DNA of 64,000 nt. Origin: Candidatus Micrarchaeota archaeon. GTDB taxonomy: Archaea; Micrarchaeota; Micrarchaeia; Micrarchaeales; CABMGC01. A model generated the notes under the pieces. That model saw nothing but the letters and a program-made list of their open reading frames with translations. It was not told where the DNA came from and searched no databases. How positions within the stretch are numbered: the first letter of the stretch is position 1; every line of letters begins with the position of its first letter. The stretch is from NCBI GenBank assembly GCA_021812185.1, contig JAKAON010000001.1:45929-109928 (forward strand), given 5' to 3'. The translations under genes and the position numbers were made by a program. Below, one piece after another: positions 1-8,704 of this stretch.

Positions 1-499
1 GGCCGTCATTGAGGCCAAAAACTATCGATTTTATGTAATAAAGGCTGTCTTCGTATTGTTGCACTTTGGAAAGCAGCACATATTCGCTCTCTTTCTCACT
101 ATTGAGTAAATCCAATAACTTGTTTGATCTTCCACCTTCCTTGCGCATCAATTTGTCGTACTTTGCAAGTAGTGAGTCTTCTTTTTTCTCGAGAAGCTTC
201 ATCACGAACGCTATGCCAAGCAGTTGTCGCGCCGTGTTAAAAATCGCAAGTTGAAGGTTTATGGCAAATGGCTCTTTTGGGGTTATGCCGTGTTTTTTCA
301 ATTCACGCGACCATAGATTGCGGTGCTTTTTCTCCTGCGATGCCAAAGCGCGCAATATTTTCTTTAAATCGCTATTCTTCTCATTGTAAGCTAGTTTAGA
401 ATACAAAGAAAAATGGAGGGATTCGTCTTTGTGATATGCTTGTTCCAGTTTTATCTCATATTTTGTAACCGCTTTTTCCTTTTTAGAATCGCCTTCCAT
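1..499 (-). CDS. VIT1/CCC1-family Fe/Mn transporter, N-terminal ferritin-like domain (partial; ORF runs off left edge)
   Basis: Hand translation from ATG 499-497: MEGDSKKEKAVTKYEIKLEQAYHKDESLHFSLYSKLAYNEKNSDLKKILRALASQEKKHRNLW...QQYEDSLYYIKSIVFGLNDG. This is a ferritin-like helix pair followed by the G-x-NDG motif that opens the VIT1 membrane domain. Absent from the ORF track because there is no stop in the window. Confidence 0.6.
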   Translation of the reverse strand, partial: MEGDSKKEKAVTKYEIKLEQAYHKDESLHFSLYSKLAYNEKNSDLKKILRALASQEKKHRNLWSRELKKHGITPKEPFAINLQLAIFNTARQLLGIAFVMKLLEKKEDSLLAKYDKLMRKEGGRSNKLLDLLNSEKESEYVLLSKVQQYEDSLYYIKSIVFGLNDG

Positions 500-552
500 A
501 TTAACGCCAATTTGATGCAAATCAATTAATACTGATTCGGATACATATTATT

Positions 553-1113
553 GTGGCTGACAAGTTTAATAATTATTCATCATATTCGGGGACTGAGTCG
601 TATAAGTATATAGAAGGTTTGATCAACGATAGCAAGAGGGTGCTAGTGATATCGCCTTATATAGATGCCCACTATGCTAAATTTCTTGCAAGAAGTTCGA
701 AAGGCAAAGAGATATACGTGATCTCTTCATCGCTTGAAAGAGGCCCTAAGGAGATACTTGTAGGTAGGAAGGCAAATGCCGTTGTCTTGCTATTAATAGC
801 GATTGCGTTAATCCTTGGTTTCGCACTTCTCTTCATGAGCTATTTTGTGGTGGGTTGCACGGTGCTTATCGTCTCTGTTATATCGCTTTATTTTGAGATG
901 GCGGATGTAGGGGTATCGAATATAAGACTTAAGGTACCTGCACATTTTGTTCATGCTAAAATGTATATAGGAGATGGACAGGCAATTCACGGATCGGCAA
1001 ACCTGACATACAAAGGCATGCACAGGAACATAGAGCATGTTGAGCTTACAAAAGATCCTATGCAGCTAAAAAACCTTGAAAGCCAGTTCTGGAGGCTATG
1101 GCATAGCCTTTGA
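553..1113 (+). CDS. Phospholipase-D-fold (single HKD) protein with central hydrophobic insert
   Basis: HAKMYIGDGQAIHGSANLTYKG matches HxK-x4-D-x5-GSxN. The N-terminal KRVLVISPYI strand is present. Residues ~75-114 are continuously hydrophobic. Confidence 0.6.
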   Translation: MADKFNNYSSYSGTESYKYIEGLINDSKRVLVISPYIDAHYAKFLARSSKGKEIYVISSSLERGPKEILVGRKANAVVLLLIAIALILGFALLFMSYFVVGCTVLIVSVISLYFEMADVGVSNIRLKVPAHFVHAKMYIGDGQAIHGSANLTYKGMHRNIEHVELTKDPMQLKNLESQFWRLWHSL

Positions 1114-1117
1114 CGAA

Positions 1118-2032
1118 TCAGTTTTCGACGCTATCGATAATTCCTGACGCAAATATTCTTGGTGAGTTGCTGCGCATAAGCATGAACTCATCGCCATTCT
1201 CAAGAGAGAGGCCTTTTTCGAATTTTAAAACTACCTTCTCGCCTTCTATTTTCTCCACAGTTGCCTCAGAGTATGAAAAATTGGATACGAAACCGTATCG
1301 ATCATTAACGTCCACTTTCTGTTTAGTGAATTCGCTTATCTTAAGTTTTCCTAAGATCTTTGATGCTTTTTTGTAAGGCTTGCTAAGCAGTATGTCACCT
1401 TTCTCCATCTCGTCGTATTCTATGCCTTTAGTTGCGATGCCCACCCTTACGAACTTTCCGGCTTCTTGTTGATCTTCATCTTGTGCCTGTATTGACCTGA
1501 CCACCACTTCTTTTCCCGACCCATGGTATAGTTTATCGTGCACTTTGAGTGTTCCTTTTGTGACTATGCCAAGCACTATTGTGCCGACTCCTTTTACAGG
1601 AAAGGCCTTATCTATGTCGACCCTCACTTCGGAGGATTGGTCAGATTTTGCATGATAGCTTATGATTTTCTCTAGAACAGACTCCTTGTTGGTTATTTCG
1701 GGAGAGGTCATTTTCAGTCCTGCGACGAACTGAGTTACGTCATTATCATCCGTCATTAACGTACGTTTGTTTAATAATGATACTGCAATAAGTACCTCTC
1801 CAAAAGCCTTGTCTATATTTGAGGTGCTAATTGCTATTTGCTCTGATATAAGCAAAGTCTCAGGCAAGGCGTAGAATTTCTCTGATAGCGAGCTTGGAGC
1901 TATTGCGACTATTACATCGTCTCCCACCTTGCGATTGTAGAAGGTTATGCTGTTTTCGGAGCCCTTCTTTCCTATGAGATCTGCAAATTTTGCATCGACA
2001 GGAATGGCTATTAAATGATTTGATTTTGGCAT
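1118..2032 (-). CDS. EF-Tu/SelB-like protein lacking a GTPase P-loop (EF-Tu domain-2 protein)
   Basis: Domain-II-like motif PVKGVGTIVLGIVTKGTLKVHDKL plus further beta-barrel-like C-terminal sequence. No GxxxxGK[ST] at the N-terminus. Confidence 0.5.
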   Translation of the reverse strand: MPKSNHLIAIPVDAKFADLIGKKGSENSITFYNRKVGDDVIVAIAPSSLSEKFYALPETLLISEQIAISTSNIDKAFGEVLIAVSLLNKRTLMTDDNDVTQFVAGLKMTSPEITNKESVLEKIISYHAKSDQSSEVRVDIDKAFPVKGVGTIVLGIVTKGTLKVHDKLYHGSGKEVVVRSIQAQDEDQQEAGKFVRVGIATKGIEYDEMEKGDILLSKPYKKASKILGKLKISEFTKQKVDVNDRYGFVSNFSYSEATVEKIEGEKVVLKFEKGLSLENGDEFMLMRSNSPRIFASGIIDSVEN

Positions 2033-2210
2033 TTCACGACCGTTTTTAGATCTTTAATTGGCATCGAATTTATAAACAAACGCATAGAAAGGTTTAAATA
2101 GATATCTTGCATTTAATATACTGCTCATTTTAGCAACTTTTTTAAATGTTGCGACTTATTTCATAAAAATAAAAAAATAACTGCATGAATGTATGTTATC
2201 GGAATGAGCA

Positions 2211-2218
2211 TATATAAA
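2211..2218 (+). promoter_or_regulatory. TATA-like box for tfb (leaderless transcript predicted)
   Basis: tatataaa is centred ~24 nt upstream of ATG 2238. Confidence 0.45.
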
Positions 2219-2237
2219 TGTTTATAGAGTGGTTCAA

Positions 2238-3437
2238 ATGGCTAACAAAAAACAACAGAAGAGAGTACAAAAAACTGCAAAGAAAGTGAAGAAGGCAGCA
2301 CCTAAGCCAAAGGCTGCGCACACAAAGAAGATCGCGTCGCCTAAGCCAAAGGTTGATGATGCAAGGAGACCAATAGCATCTGCGCCAAGGTCAGTTCAAA
2401 GTGGCAGCGAGTTCACGAGGCCGATTATGCCAGAAGCAGCTGCAGGAGAAGACGAATTCATGGATATGGGGCATGCGCCGGAACAGGATGTGAAGATAGT
2501 GCATGGAAAGGCTGGGCCGCAAGTGGCCTCACAATCAAAGAGATGCCCAAGCTGCGGAAGCCCGGACATAATATATGATAATGAGAGAGGAGAGATGGTC
2601 TGCAACCAGTGCGGACTGGTCGTTGAGGAAAACGTGACGGACAGCGGACCTGAATGGAGGGCATTTGACTCCGATCAGAGAAACGCGAGGGCGAGGACAG
2701 GAGCTCCAATAAAATACATGAAGTTAAACAAGGGGCTTGTTACTGAAATTGATATGTACAATAGAGATATACGAGGAGCAAGGCTTCCATCGAAGAGGCA
2801 AGCTCAGTTATATAGAATGAGGAAATGGCACAAGAGAGCAAGCATAGCAAGCTCCAGCGAGAGGAACTATTTGATAGCCCTTCCGGAACTAAACAGGGCA
2901 GCCAGCTATCTTGGACTTCCCGAGAACATAAGGGAAAGCGCCGCTCTCCTCTACAGGCAATGCGTAAAGAACAATTTGATAAGAGGAAGACCTATAGAGA
3001 CAGTTGTGAACGCAGCGCTGTATGCAACATGCAGAAGCGCAGGAATGCCAAGAACTCTTGATGAGATTGCACAAATATCTGGAGTACCGAAGAAGGAGAT
3101 TGGAAGGGCATACAGGGTTATATCCCACGAATTAAACCTCAAGATACCTTTGACCGATCCTTCAGGATATGTGCCGAGATACGTAGCTGCACTCAAGCTC
3201 AGTGGTGAGGCGCAGGAGAAAGCGCTTGTGTTACTTACTGATGCCATGAAGAAAGGACTTGTAAGCGGAAGAAGCCCTACAGGGGTTTCTGCGGCTGCAG
3301 TCTACATAGCAGGTGCATTGGTAGGAGAGAGAAGAACCCAAAAAGAGGTCGCAAGCGTCGCAGGAGTGACAGAAGTCACAATAAGGAATAGGTATAGGGA
3401 GCTAAAGAAGGAGCTCAATATAGACGTAAACCTCTGA
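2238..3437 (+). CDS. tfb: Transcription initiation factor TFB (TFIIB homologue) with long basic N-terminal extension
   Basis: Zn-ribbon CPSCGSPDIIYDNERGEMVCNQCGLVV plus two cyclin-like repeats (RGRPIETVVNAALYATCR; GRSPTGVSAAAVYIAG). The track ORF starts at GTG 2229; ATG 2238 is preferred. Confidence 0.9.
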   Translation: MANKKQQKRVQKTAKKVKKAAPKPKAAHTKKIASPKPKVDDARRPIASAPRSVQSGSEFTRPIMPEAAAGEDEFMDMGHAPEQDVKIVHGKAGPQVASQSKRCPSCGSPDIIYDNERGEMVCNQCGLVVEENVTDSGPEWRAFDSDQRNARARTGAPIKYMKLNKGLVTEIDMYNRDIRGARLPSKRQAQLYRMRKWHKRASIASSSERNYLIALPELNRAASYLGLPENIRESAALLYRQCVKNNLIRGRPIETVVNAALYATCRSAGMPRTLDEIAQISGVPKKEIGRAYRVISHELNLKIPLTDPSGYVPRYVAALKLSGEAQEKALVLLTDAMKKGLVSGRSPTGVSAAAVYIAGALVGERRTQKEVASVAGVTEVTIRNRYRELKKELNIDVNL

Positions 3438-3500
3438 TTCTTTTTTTCTTTTATTTCTTTTTATCTTATTCTTTTCTTTTATCTTTCCTTTATTGTTTAA
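3438..3500 (+). terminator. Oligo-T tract cluster downstream of tfb
   Basis: Runs of T7, T4, T5 and T4 immediately follow the stop codon. Archaeal termination uses oligo-T. Confidence 0.45.
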
Positions 3501-3546
3501 TCAATTTATTACGCCAGGTTTATTTACAATTTGGTTTTATCAGACC

Positions 3547-4140
3547 TTAGCCCCTCATTGTATTTTGCAGATTATCCGAATAATGCCTTTCTAGTATTTC
3601 TATTATTTTCTCGGACTCTTTTGTGTAGAACTTAGGATCATGATCCGTGTAACACGTTTCTTTGCAAAGCTGCAACCTTGCAAACGATAGTGCATCAATA
3701 GGTTTATCTCCATGGGAAGATACGTTAGTTAAATCCGCACCATTTTCTACCAGCAGCTTTACAATTTCGAAATTGTGCATCGCTATTGCCTGATGCAGAG
3801 GTTTTTGTGCCATGTCCCCACCATAATAGTGCGGGAACTCCTGATTTGGGTTTGCACCTATATCAAGCAGAAACTTCATATTGCTGCAGTCATTTATTGA
3901 GTAGAGCAGCATCGTGTTTATCTGTTCAACCATATGTTCTGGATTTTGCAACAGAGCTAGACCGAGCCTAGCGCCATCGTCATATCTGCTTGCAATTGCA
4001 GCACTTATGGCAGATCGTATCTGCATCTCGGTTTTCAGGCATCCCATTGCCTCTAACTTGTGCGATATCGATCTTGACTCGGTCCGTTCAGTTGTTCGTC
4101 CCATACTTTCCACACTGCGCATTCTTTCAATCTTCCCCAT
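3547..4140 (-). CDS. Ankyrin-repeat protein
   Basis: KPLHQAIAMHNFEIVKLLVENGADLTNVSSHGDKPIDAL and a preceding LLDIGANPN repeat fit the ankyrin consensus. Confidence 0.75.
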   Translation of the reverse strand: MGKIERMRSVESMGRTTERTESRSISHKLEAMGCLKTEMQIRSAISAAIASRYDDGARLGLALLQNPEHMVEQINTMLLYSINDCSNMKFLLDIGANPNQEFPHYYGGDMAQKPLHQAIAMHNFEIVKLLVENGADLTNVSSHGDKPIDALSFARLQLCKETCYTDHDPKFYTKESEKIIEILERHYSDNLQNTMRG

Positions 4141-4349
4141 CCCTCTAAGTAGAATCTGTCATCCGTGGAATGATTATTCGTATTATCATACTTTATATGA
4201 ACAAGTATGATTATATCATAAAAGGTATATATAACTATCGGATTTCACATGCAAACAGCAGGTTACGCACACCGTGATTGCGCAAACAAATTTTAAGCCA
4301 TCGAATTTCGTAATAATATGCAGATGTTATGCCCTTTTTCAGAAATAGA

Positions 4350-5204
4350 TTACTGCTCGGCTATTGAGTTTGCAAGCTTCTCTAGTTTCTTTATGCTTGT
4401 TTCAAGATTCTTCGCTTCGAAAGCACACCATGGAGTCGAAAATACGTATCCGTACAAATTTCCTGCGCTCGACAGATCAGGGAAGAGATTCTTCTCTATC
4501 ATGCCGACATTGTTCTCCTTCTTCAGGAAATCGAATATTGTCCCGTTAAATATGTATATTCCGGCGCTAACCAGCTTTCCCTTCTCATTTTCTGGTTTCT
4601 CAATAAAACTCGTGACTTTGAATCCATCCAGTTTTGTCACGCCAAAACCAGTAGTTATGTCGGCAGTCACAAGCGCTATTGTAGCAAGAGCTTTGGTGGT
4701 GATGTGCTGCTTATACATTTCTGAGAGATTTATCTTGAACAGGTTGTCCCCGAGTATGACAAAGAAAGGCCCATTCCCAACAAGCCCTCTCGTAAGATTT
4801 AAGGCATTTGATGTTCCATTTGGCGCATCTTCCTTTATGTAATTTAACCTTATGCCAAATAATGATCCGTCTCCGAAATAGGATGTTATTTTCTCTGCGG
4901 ATTTTCCTATAACTATGAGTATCTCAGTTATGCCATTTCGCTTGAGCTCCTTTATTACATATTCCAATATTGGCCTTCCCTTTATAAGCACCATCGGTTT
5001 TGGTATGTCCCCTTGCCCCTTTACATTTACTGTGTGTCCACCTGCTAGAACAACGGCTTTTTTGGGAGTGTTTTGAGCAAGTACCACATCTAATAGTCGT
5101 TCTATTGCATGCGACCTGTTCCTGACATTTACTCCATCTATGGAAGAGTCTATCTTTTTTAAGAGTTCGGCATCAAGAGTTATTGTCAGCCTTTCCTTCA
5201 TCAA
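4350..5204 (-). CDS. Ribbon-helix-helix (CopG-like) domain fused to sugar-phosphate nucleotidyltransferase-like domain
   Basis: N-terminus RLTITLDAELLKKIDSSIDGVNVRNRSHAIERLL is RHH-like. It is followed by AVVLAGG...PKPMVLIKGRPILEYVIKELKRNGITEILIVIG, an NTP-transferase fold. Confidence 0.7.
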   Translation of the reverse strand: MMKERLTITLDAELLKKIDSSIDGVNVRNRSHAIERLLDVVLAQNTPKKAVVLAGGHTVNVKGQGDIPKPMVLIKGRPILEYVIKELKRNGITEILIVIGKSAEKITSYFGDGSLFGIRLNYIKEDAPNGTSNALNLTRGLVGNGPFFVILGDNLFKINLSEMYKQHITTKALATIALVTADITTGFGVTKLDGFKVTSFIEKPENEKGKLVSAGIYIFNGTIFDFLKKENNVGMIEKNLFPDLSSAGNLYGYVFSTPWCAFEAKNLETSIKKLEKLANSIAEQ

Positions 5205-5275
5205 AACCCCACTTTAATCCTTCTATGTTAAGGAATATATATTAATTGATTACTGAGACAATATCATAGATTTTC

Positions 5276-5683
5276 ATGAAGCTTTGGATAATTTTGTATA
5301 TTGCTGCAATCATCGCACTTATTGGGATGGCTTATTCCGATAGCATAACATCATCAAATTACACATATGGGCAGGCGAATGGGATAATAGCAAACGCCAC
5401 TGATTATGTAAATTTGATAAATTCCAGCAGCTACCTTATTTTTAACCCGAATCTTACCATGTCTTACTTATACCTCAACCAAGCGACAAATATCTACCAA
5501 TCCTCGCCTTCTGCTGCAGTAGCCTACGCATATAAGGCAAGAAGTTCAGCACAAGAGCAATATGGCATCATACAGATGTACAAAAAGGGATTCACGTATA
5601 TAGTGGCTGCACTTGCGCTAATATCGCTTGTTGTCCTGTATGTGCTTATGAAACCAGTGAAGATCAAGGCAAAGAAAACATAG
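5276..5683 (+). CDS. Small secreted/membrane-anchored protein (signal peptide, N-x-S/T sequons, C-terminal TM plus basic tail)
   Basis: Hydrophobic N-terminus, sequons NYT/NAT/NSS/NLT, and C-terminal IVAALALISLVVLYVLM followed by KPVKIKAKKT. Confidence 0.5.
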   Translation: MKLWIILYIAAIIALIGMAYSDSITSSNYTYGQANGIIANATDYVNLINSSSYLIFNPNLTMSYLYLNQATNIYQSSPSAAVAYAYKARSSAQEQYGIIQMYKKGFTYIVAALALISLVVLYVLMKPVKIKAKKT

Positions 5684-6211
5684 TTAGCTCTTCTTCATCT
5701 TTGGAAGAGTCACCCCCATCTGCTTTTGGTACTTGCCGCTATATGGATGTTCCACAGGAGTTAGTGTCTTTGCAAATATCAGGTGCAGGAATCTTGTCCC
5801 TTTTGGAAGTTTTACTGGAAACTCGGAACCTATGATTTCTATAGTGAGCTCGCCCTCAAAACCGGCGTCCACGATTGTAGGGGGTACGAATAGACCTAGC
5901 CTTGCAAATGAAGATCTTAGATTCACGAATGCCATAACATCGTGAGGCAATTTTATCTTTTCCTGCGTCACCATCAATACATGTTCGTGCGGAGCGATAA
6001 TGAAGGCTGAACCCCTTTCCCTTGTAAAGAAGTCGTCTGAGCTCTTATCTATGCTTGGATCAAACACTTTATCCGTCTTCTTGAACCTTGCAATCTCGCC
6101 ACCTATCCTCAAATCCACTCCGTTCTCCCTTACGCTCTCAGGGTGCATAGGTTTTATCTCGATATATTTCTTCTCCAAATAATATTTCAAATCTCGATCT
6201 CCAAGTATCAT
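5684..6211 (-). CDS. dcd: dCTP deaminase
   Basis: [12 protein letters not shown] start, GVDLRIG, and the [13 protein letters not shown] motif. The track ORF extends to 6322, but ATG 6211 gives the canonical N-terminus and removes the overlap with thrS. Confidence 0.85.
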   Translation of the reverse strand: MILGDRDLKYYLEKKYIEIKPMHPESVRENGVDLRIGGEIARFKKTDKVFDPSIDKSSDDFFTRERGSAFIIAPHEHVLMVTQEKIKLPHDVMAFVNLRSSFARLGLFVPPTIVDAGFEGELTIEIIGSEFPVKLPKGTRFLHLIFAKTLTPVEHPYSGKYQKQMGVTLPKMKKS

Positions 6212-6307
6212 GCTATCACAATATAGTATAATCAGTTTATACCAAGGTATTTGCTCGGTAAGCTTTTTAGAGTTTAGTATAGATTTGTTATTACTTTGGT
6301 GCCATTT

Positions 6308-8017
6308 GTGCAGATACTTCAATTCGACGTGAACAGCATAGAGTATGAACTAGTGAAGCCAGAGGTCAAGATATACGAAAAAGTAGACGAAAGTGAGAAA
6401 AAGAAGGTAATCGAGGATGCTCTTGTTCTTTTCGTCTCGGTTGAGAAGGGAGATACTCCAGAGATAGCAAAGAAGGCTATTGATGATGCTTCGGCTTTTA
6501 TGGCGACCCTCAAGAGGAAGAGACTTGTAATATACCCATATGCGCATTTAAGCAACAATCTTGAAAGTCCGCAGCTTGCATTTGAAATACTTCAGCATAT
6601 GAGAAATTTTGCCGCTGATAAAGGGCTCGAAGTTTTCTCTTCGGCATTTGGATGGAACAAGAGATGGACACTTGCAATAAAAGGGCATCCGATGGCAGAA
6701 CAATCGAAGAGATATGGGTCAAGCGCCATAAAGCCGGCTCCAGGTCCCGCAGAGCAGAAAATAGACGCATCGAGATCTAAACCTGTTGACCTGTCCATAG
6801 TAAGAAAGAGCGATTGGTCGGGATTGCCCGATTCAGACCACAGGACGATAGGCGAGAGGCTCAATTTATACAGCTTCCAGGAGATATCTCCGGGCATGGT
6901 GTATTGGCACAACAATGGTTACATAGTGTTCAAGGAGCTTATGAAATACATACGCGAGAGGCTTGATGAGTATGGATATCAAGAGATAGCAACACCAGCG
7001 CTTGCAAGCCTCGCGCTGTGGCATGTGAGCGGGCACATAGACAAATATAGGGATGATATGTTTCTGTTTGAAACAGATAGCCAGGCCATGGGGCTCAAGC
7101 CGATGAACTGCCCTTCTACAATAATGGTATACAAGTCAAAGAGATGGAGCTACAGGGAACTGCCCGTGAGGCTCGCAGACTTCGACAAGCTATATAGAAA
7201 CGAGATAAGCGGAGCTTTGAGCGGATTATTCAGGGTGAGAGAGTTCATACAAGACGATGCACATCTTTTTGTGACTGAGGCCCAAGTCCAGGATGAGCTT
7301 ATTAAAATTCTCATGCTGGTAAAGGAACTTTACGGAAAGTTTGGGATGGAGTATAAAGCCAAGGTATCCACGATGCCAGACAACCATTTAGGGGATGATA
7401 AATTATGGGAGAAGGCAACCGAGGCATTGAAGTTAGCCCTTACTACAAACGGCATGAAATTTGAAGTTAAGGATAAGGAAGGCGCATTCTACGGCCCGAA
7501 GATAGACTTCGATGTGAAGGATTCGATGGGGAGAGAATGGCAATGCGCAACAGTCCAGTTAGATTACCAACTGCCTCAAAGATTCGGGCTCGAGTATACT
7601 GGGGAAGACGGAAAGCAGCACGCACCCGTGATTATACATAGGGTCATATACGGCAGCATTGAAAGGTTTATAGGGGTGCTAACGGAGCATCTTCATGGAA
7701 AGTTTCCAGCATGGCTCTCGCCAGTTCAAGTAAGGGTGATAACGATATCCGAACAGACAAATGATTATGCACAAAGTATTTACAAGAAGTTGAAGGAGAA
7801 GCATTTTAGAGCTGAAATCGACGTATCGGATAGGACACTTGAATACAAGGTGCGTGACGCCAAGATGATGGAAATAAATTACACCATAATAGTCGGCAAG
7901 AAGGAGCAAGAATCAGGGACAATATCGATAAGGGGCAGAGATAACAAACAGAGAATGGGAGTAACGCTTGATGATTTTGCAAGAGAACTTGAGGAAGAAG
8001 TAAGACTAAGGAAGTAG
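6308..8017 (+). CDS. thrS: Threonyl-tRNA synthetase, archaeal type with N-terminal editing domain
   Basis: Editing-domain YPYAHLS motif. Class II motifs [14 protein letters not shown] and [14 protein letters not shown]-terminal anticodon-binding domain. The start is ambiguous (TTG 6296, GTG 6299 or GTG 6308). Confidence 0.9.
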   Translation: MQILQFDVNSIEYELVKPEVKIYEKVDESEKKKVIEDALVLFVSVEKGDTPEIAKKAIDDASAFMATLKRKRLVIYPYAHLSNNLESPQLAFEILQHMRNFAADKGLEVFSSAFGWNKRWTLAIKGHPMAEQSKRYGSSAIKPAPGPAEQKIDASRSKPVDLSIVRKSDWSGLPDSDHRTIGERLNLYSFQEISPGMVYWHNNGYIVFKELMKYIRERLDEYGYQEIATPALASLALWHVSGHIDKYRDDMFLFETDSQAMGLKPMNCPSTIMVYKSKRWSYRELPVRLADFDKLYRNEISGALSGLFRVREFIQDDAHLFVTEAQVQDELIKILMLVKELYGKFGMEYKAKVSTMPDNHLGDDKLWEKATEALKLALTTNGMKFEVKDKEGAFYGPKIDFDVKDSMGREWQCATVQLDYQLPQRFGLEYTGEDGKQHAPVIIHRVIYGSIERFIGVLTEHLHGKFPAWLSPVQVRVITISEQTNDYAQSIYKKLKEKHFRAEIDVSDRTLEYKVRDAKMMEINYTIIVGKKEQESGTISIRGRDNKQRMGVTLDDFARELEEEVRLRK

Positions 8018-8061
8018 AATCAGATTTAAATAACATTTCGAATAGTATATTTGTGGTTTTG

Positions 8062-8211
8062 ATGGCAGAAATTAGGGGACCCCAGTCTCAGGCAGGAATA
8101 TTCAACTTTTATGATGCACCCGACAAGGGCATGGACATAAATCTGAAGGTCTTCCTGATCCTGATAATCGTATTCGCTGCACTGATAATAGTGTTTGACC
8201 ATTTCTTGTAG
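8062..8211 (+). CDS. secG: Preprotein translocase Sec61-beta/SecG (49 aa, below ORF-track cutoff)
   Basis: Hand translation gives MAEIRGPQSQAGIFNFYDAPDKGMDINLKVFLILIIVFAALIIVFDHFL. It has the AG-x-x-x-[FY]-[FY]-D motif followed by a single C-terminal TM. Confidence 0.6.
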   Translation: MAEIRGPQSQAGIFNFYDAPDKGMDINLKVFLILIIVFAALIIVFDHFL

Positions 8212-8248
8212 GCATTTAAGCGAATATTTGACTACTTAAGCGCCGCAT

Positions 8249-8581
8249 TTATTCTAATTTGCATTTCTTTAATTCCATTATTTTGATGAAATTGCGCGCA
8301 ATTAATGCCTCTGCAGTAGCCTGTCCTGAATAGGCACTTGACCCAAACGATGTAGAATTATAGATGGCAAAATGTTCATAACGCATTGCCTTTTCCAGGT
8401 GTTTGCTTGCGCCTTGCCGAAGAGATTGGCAAGACAACGTGATAGGGTTTGGTTCTGAGCTGTTTAGAGCGCTTTTGCTTTTGAAGCTGCACGAAATTAA
8501 TGATACGGCTATGATTCCTATAGTAGCTGCCTTCTTTACCACTTCCAATGTGCCAGTTGTTTTTCTTTGTGTCTGTGCCAT
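8249..8581 (-). CDS. Small hypothetical secreted/lipoprotein-like protein
   Basis: The internal start MAQTQRK precedes the TM/lipobox-like stretch IGIIAVSLISCSF. The track ORF extends to 8647. Confidence 0.35.
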   Translation of the reverse strand: MAQTQRKTTGTLEVVKKAATIGIIAVSLISCSFKSKSALNSSEPNPITLSCQSLRQGASKHLEKAMRYEHFAIYNSTSFGSSAYSGQATAEALIARNFIKIMELKKCKLE

Positions 8582-8704
8582 TTTAATCACGTTATTTTCC
8601 TTGATTTCGGCCTTTATAAACATTGTTCCGAAAAAATATTCAACCACAAAATGATGCTCATTTTCATTATTGTGGCAATTTATGGGAAGCTTTTGAGTTT
8701 TCCA

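Noticed and set aside
66-254. 62-aa plus-strand ORF at the left edge.
   Set aside because: It is antisense to the much better supported VIT1/CCC1-like gene (1-499, minus strand) and its composition is Ser/Leu-rich and low in complexity.
4167-4215. ATGAT-N10-ATCAT and ATGAT-TAT-ATCAT palindromes upstream of the ankyrin gene.
   Set aside because: These are 5-bp arms only, in AT-rich sequence, with no second locus for comparison. This is too weak to call an operator.
6212-6322. 37-codon N-terminal extension of dcd in the track ORF, overlapping thrS.
   Set aside because: The internal ATG at 6211 yields the canonical MILGDRD N-terminus. The extension has no conservation signal and would overlap the divergent thrS start.
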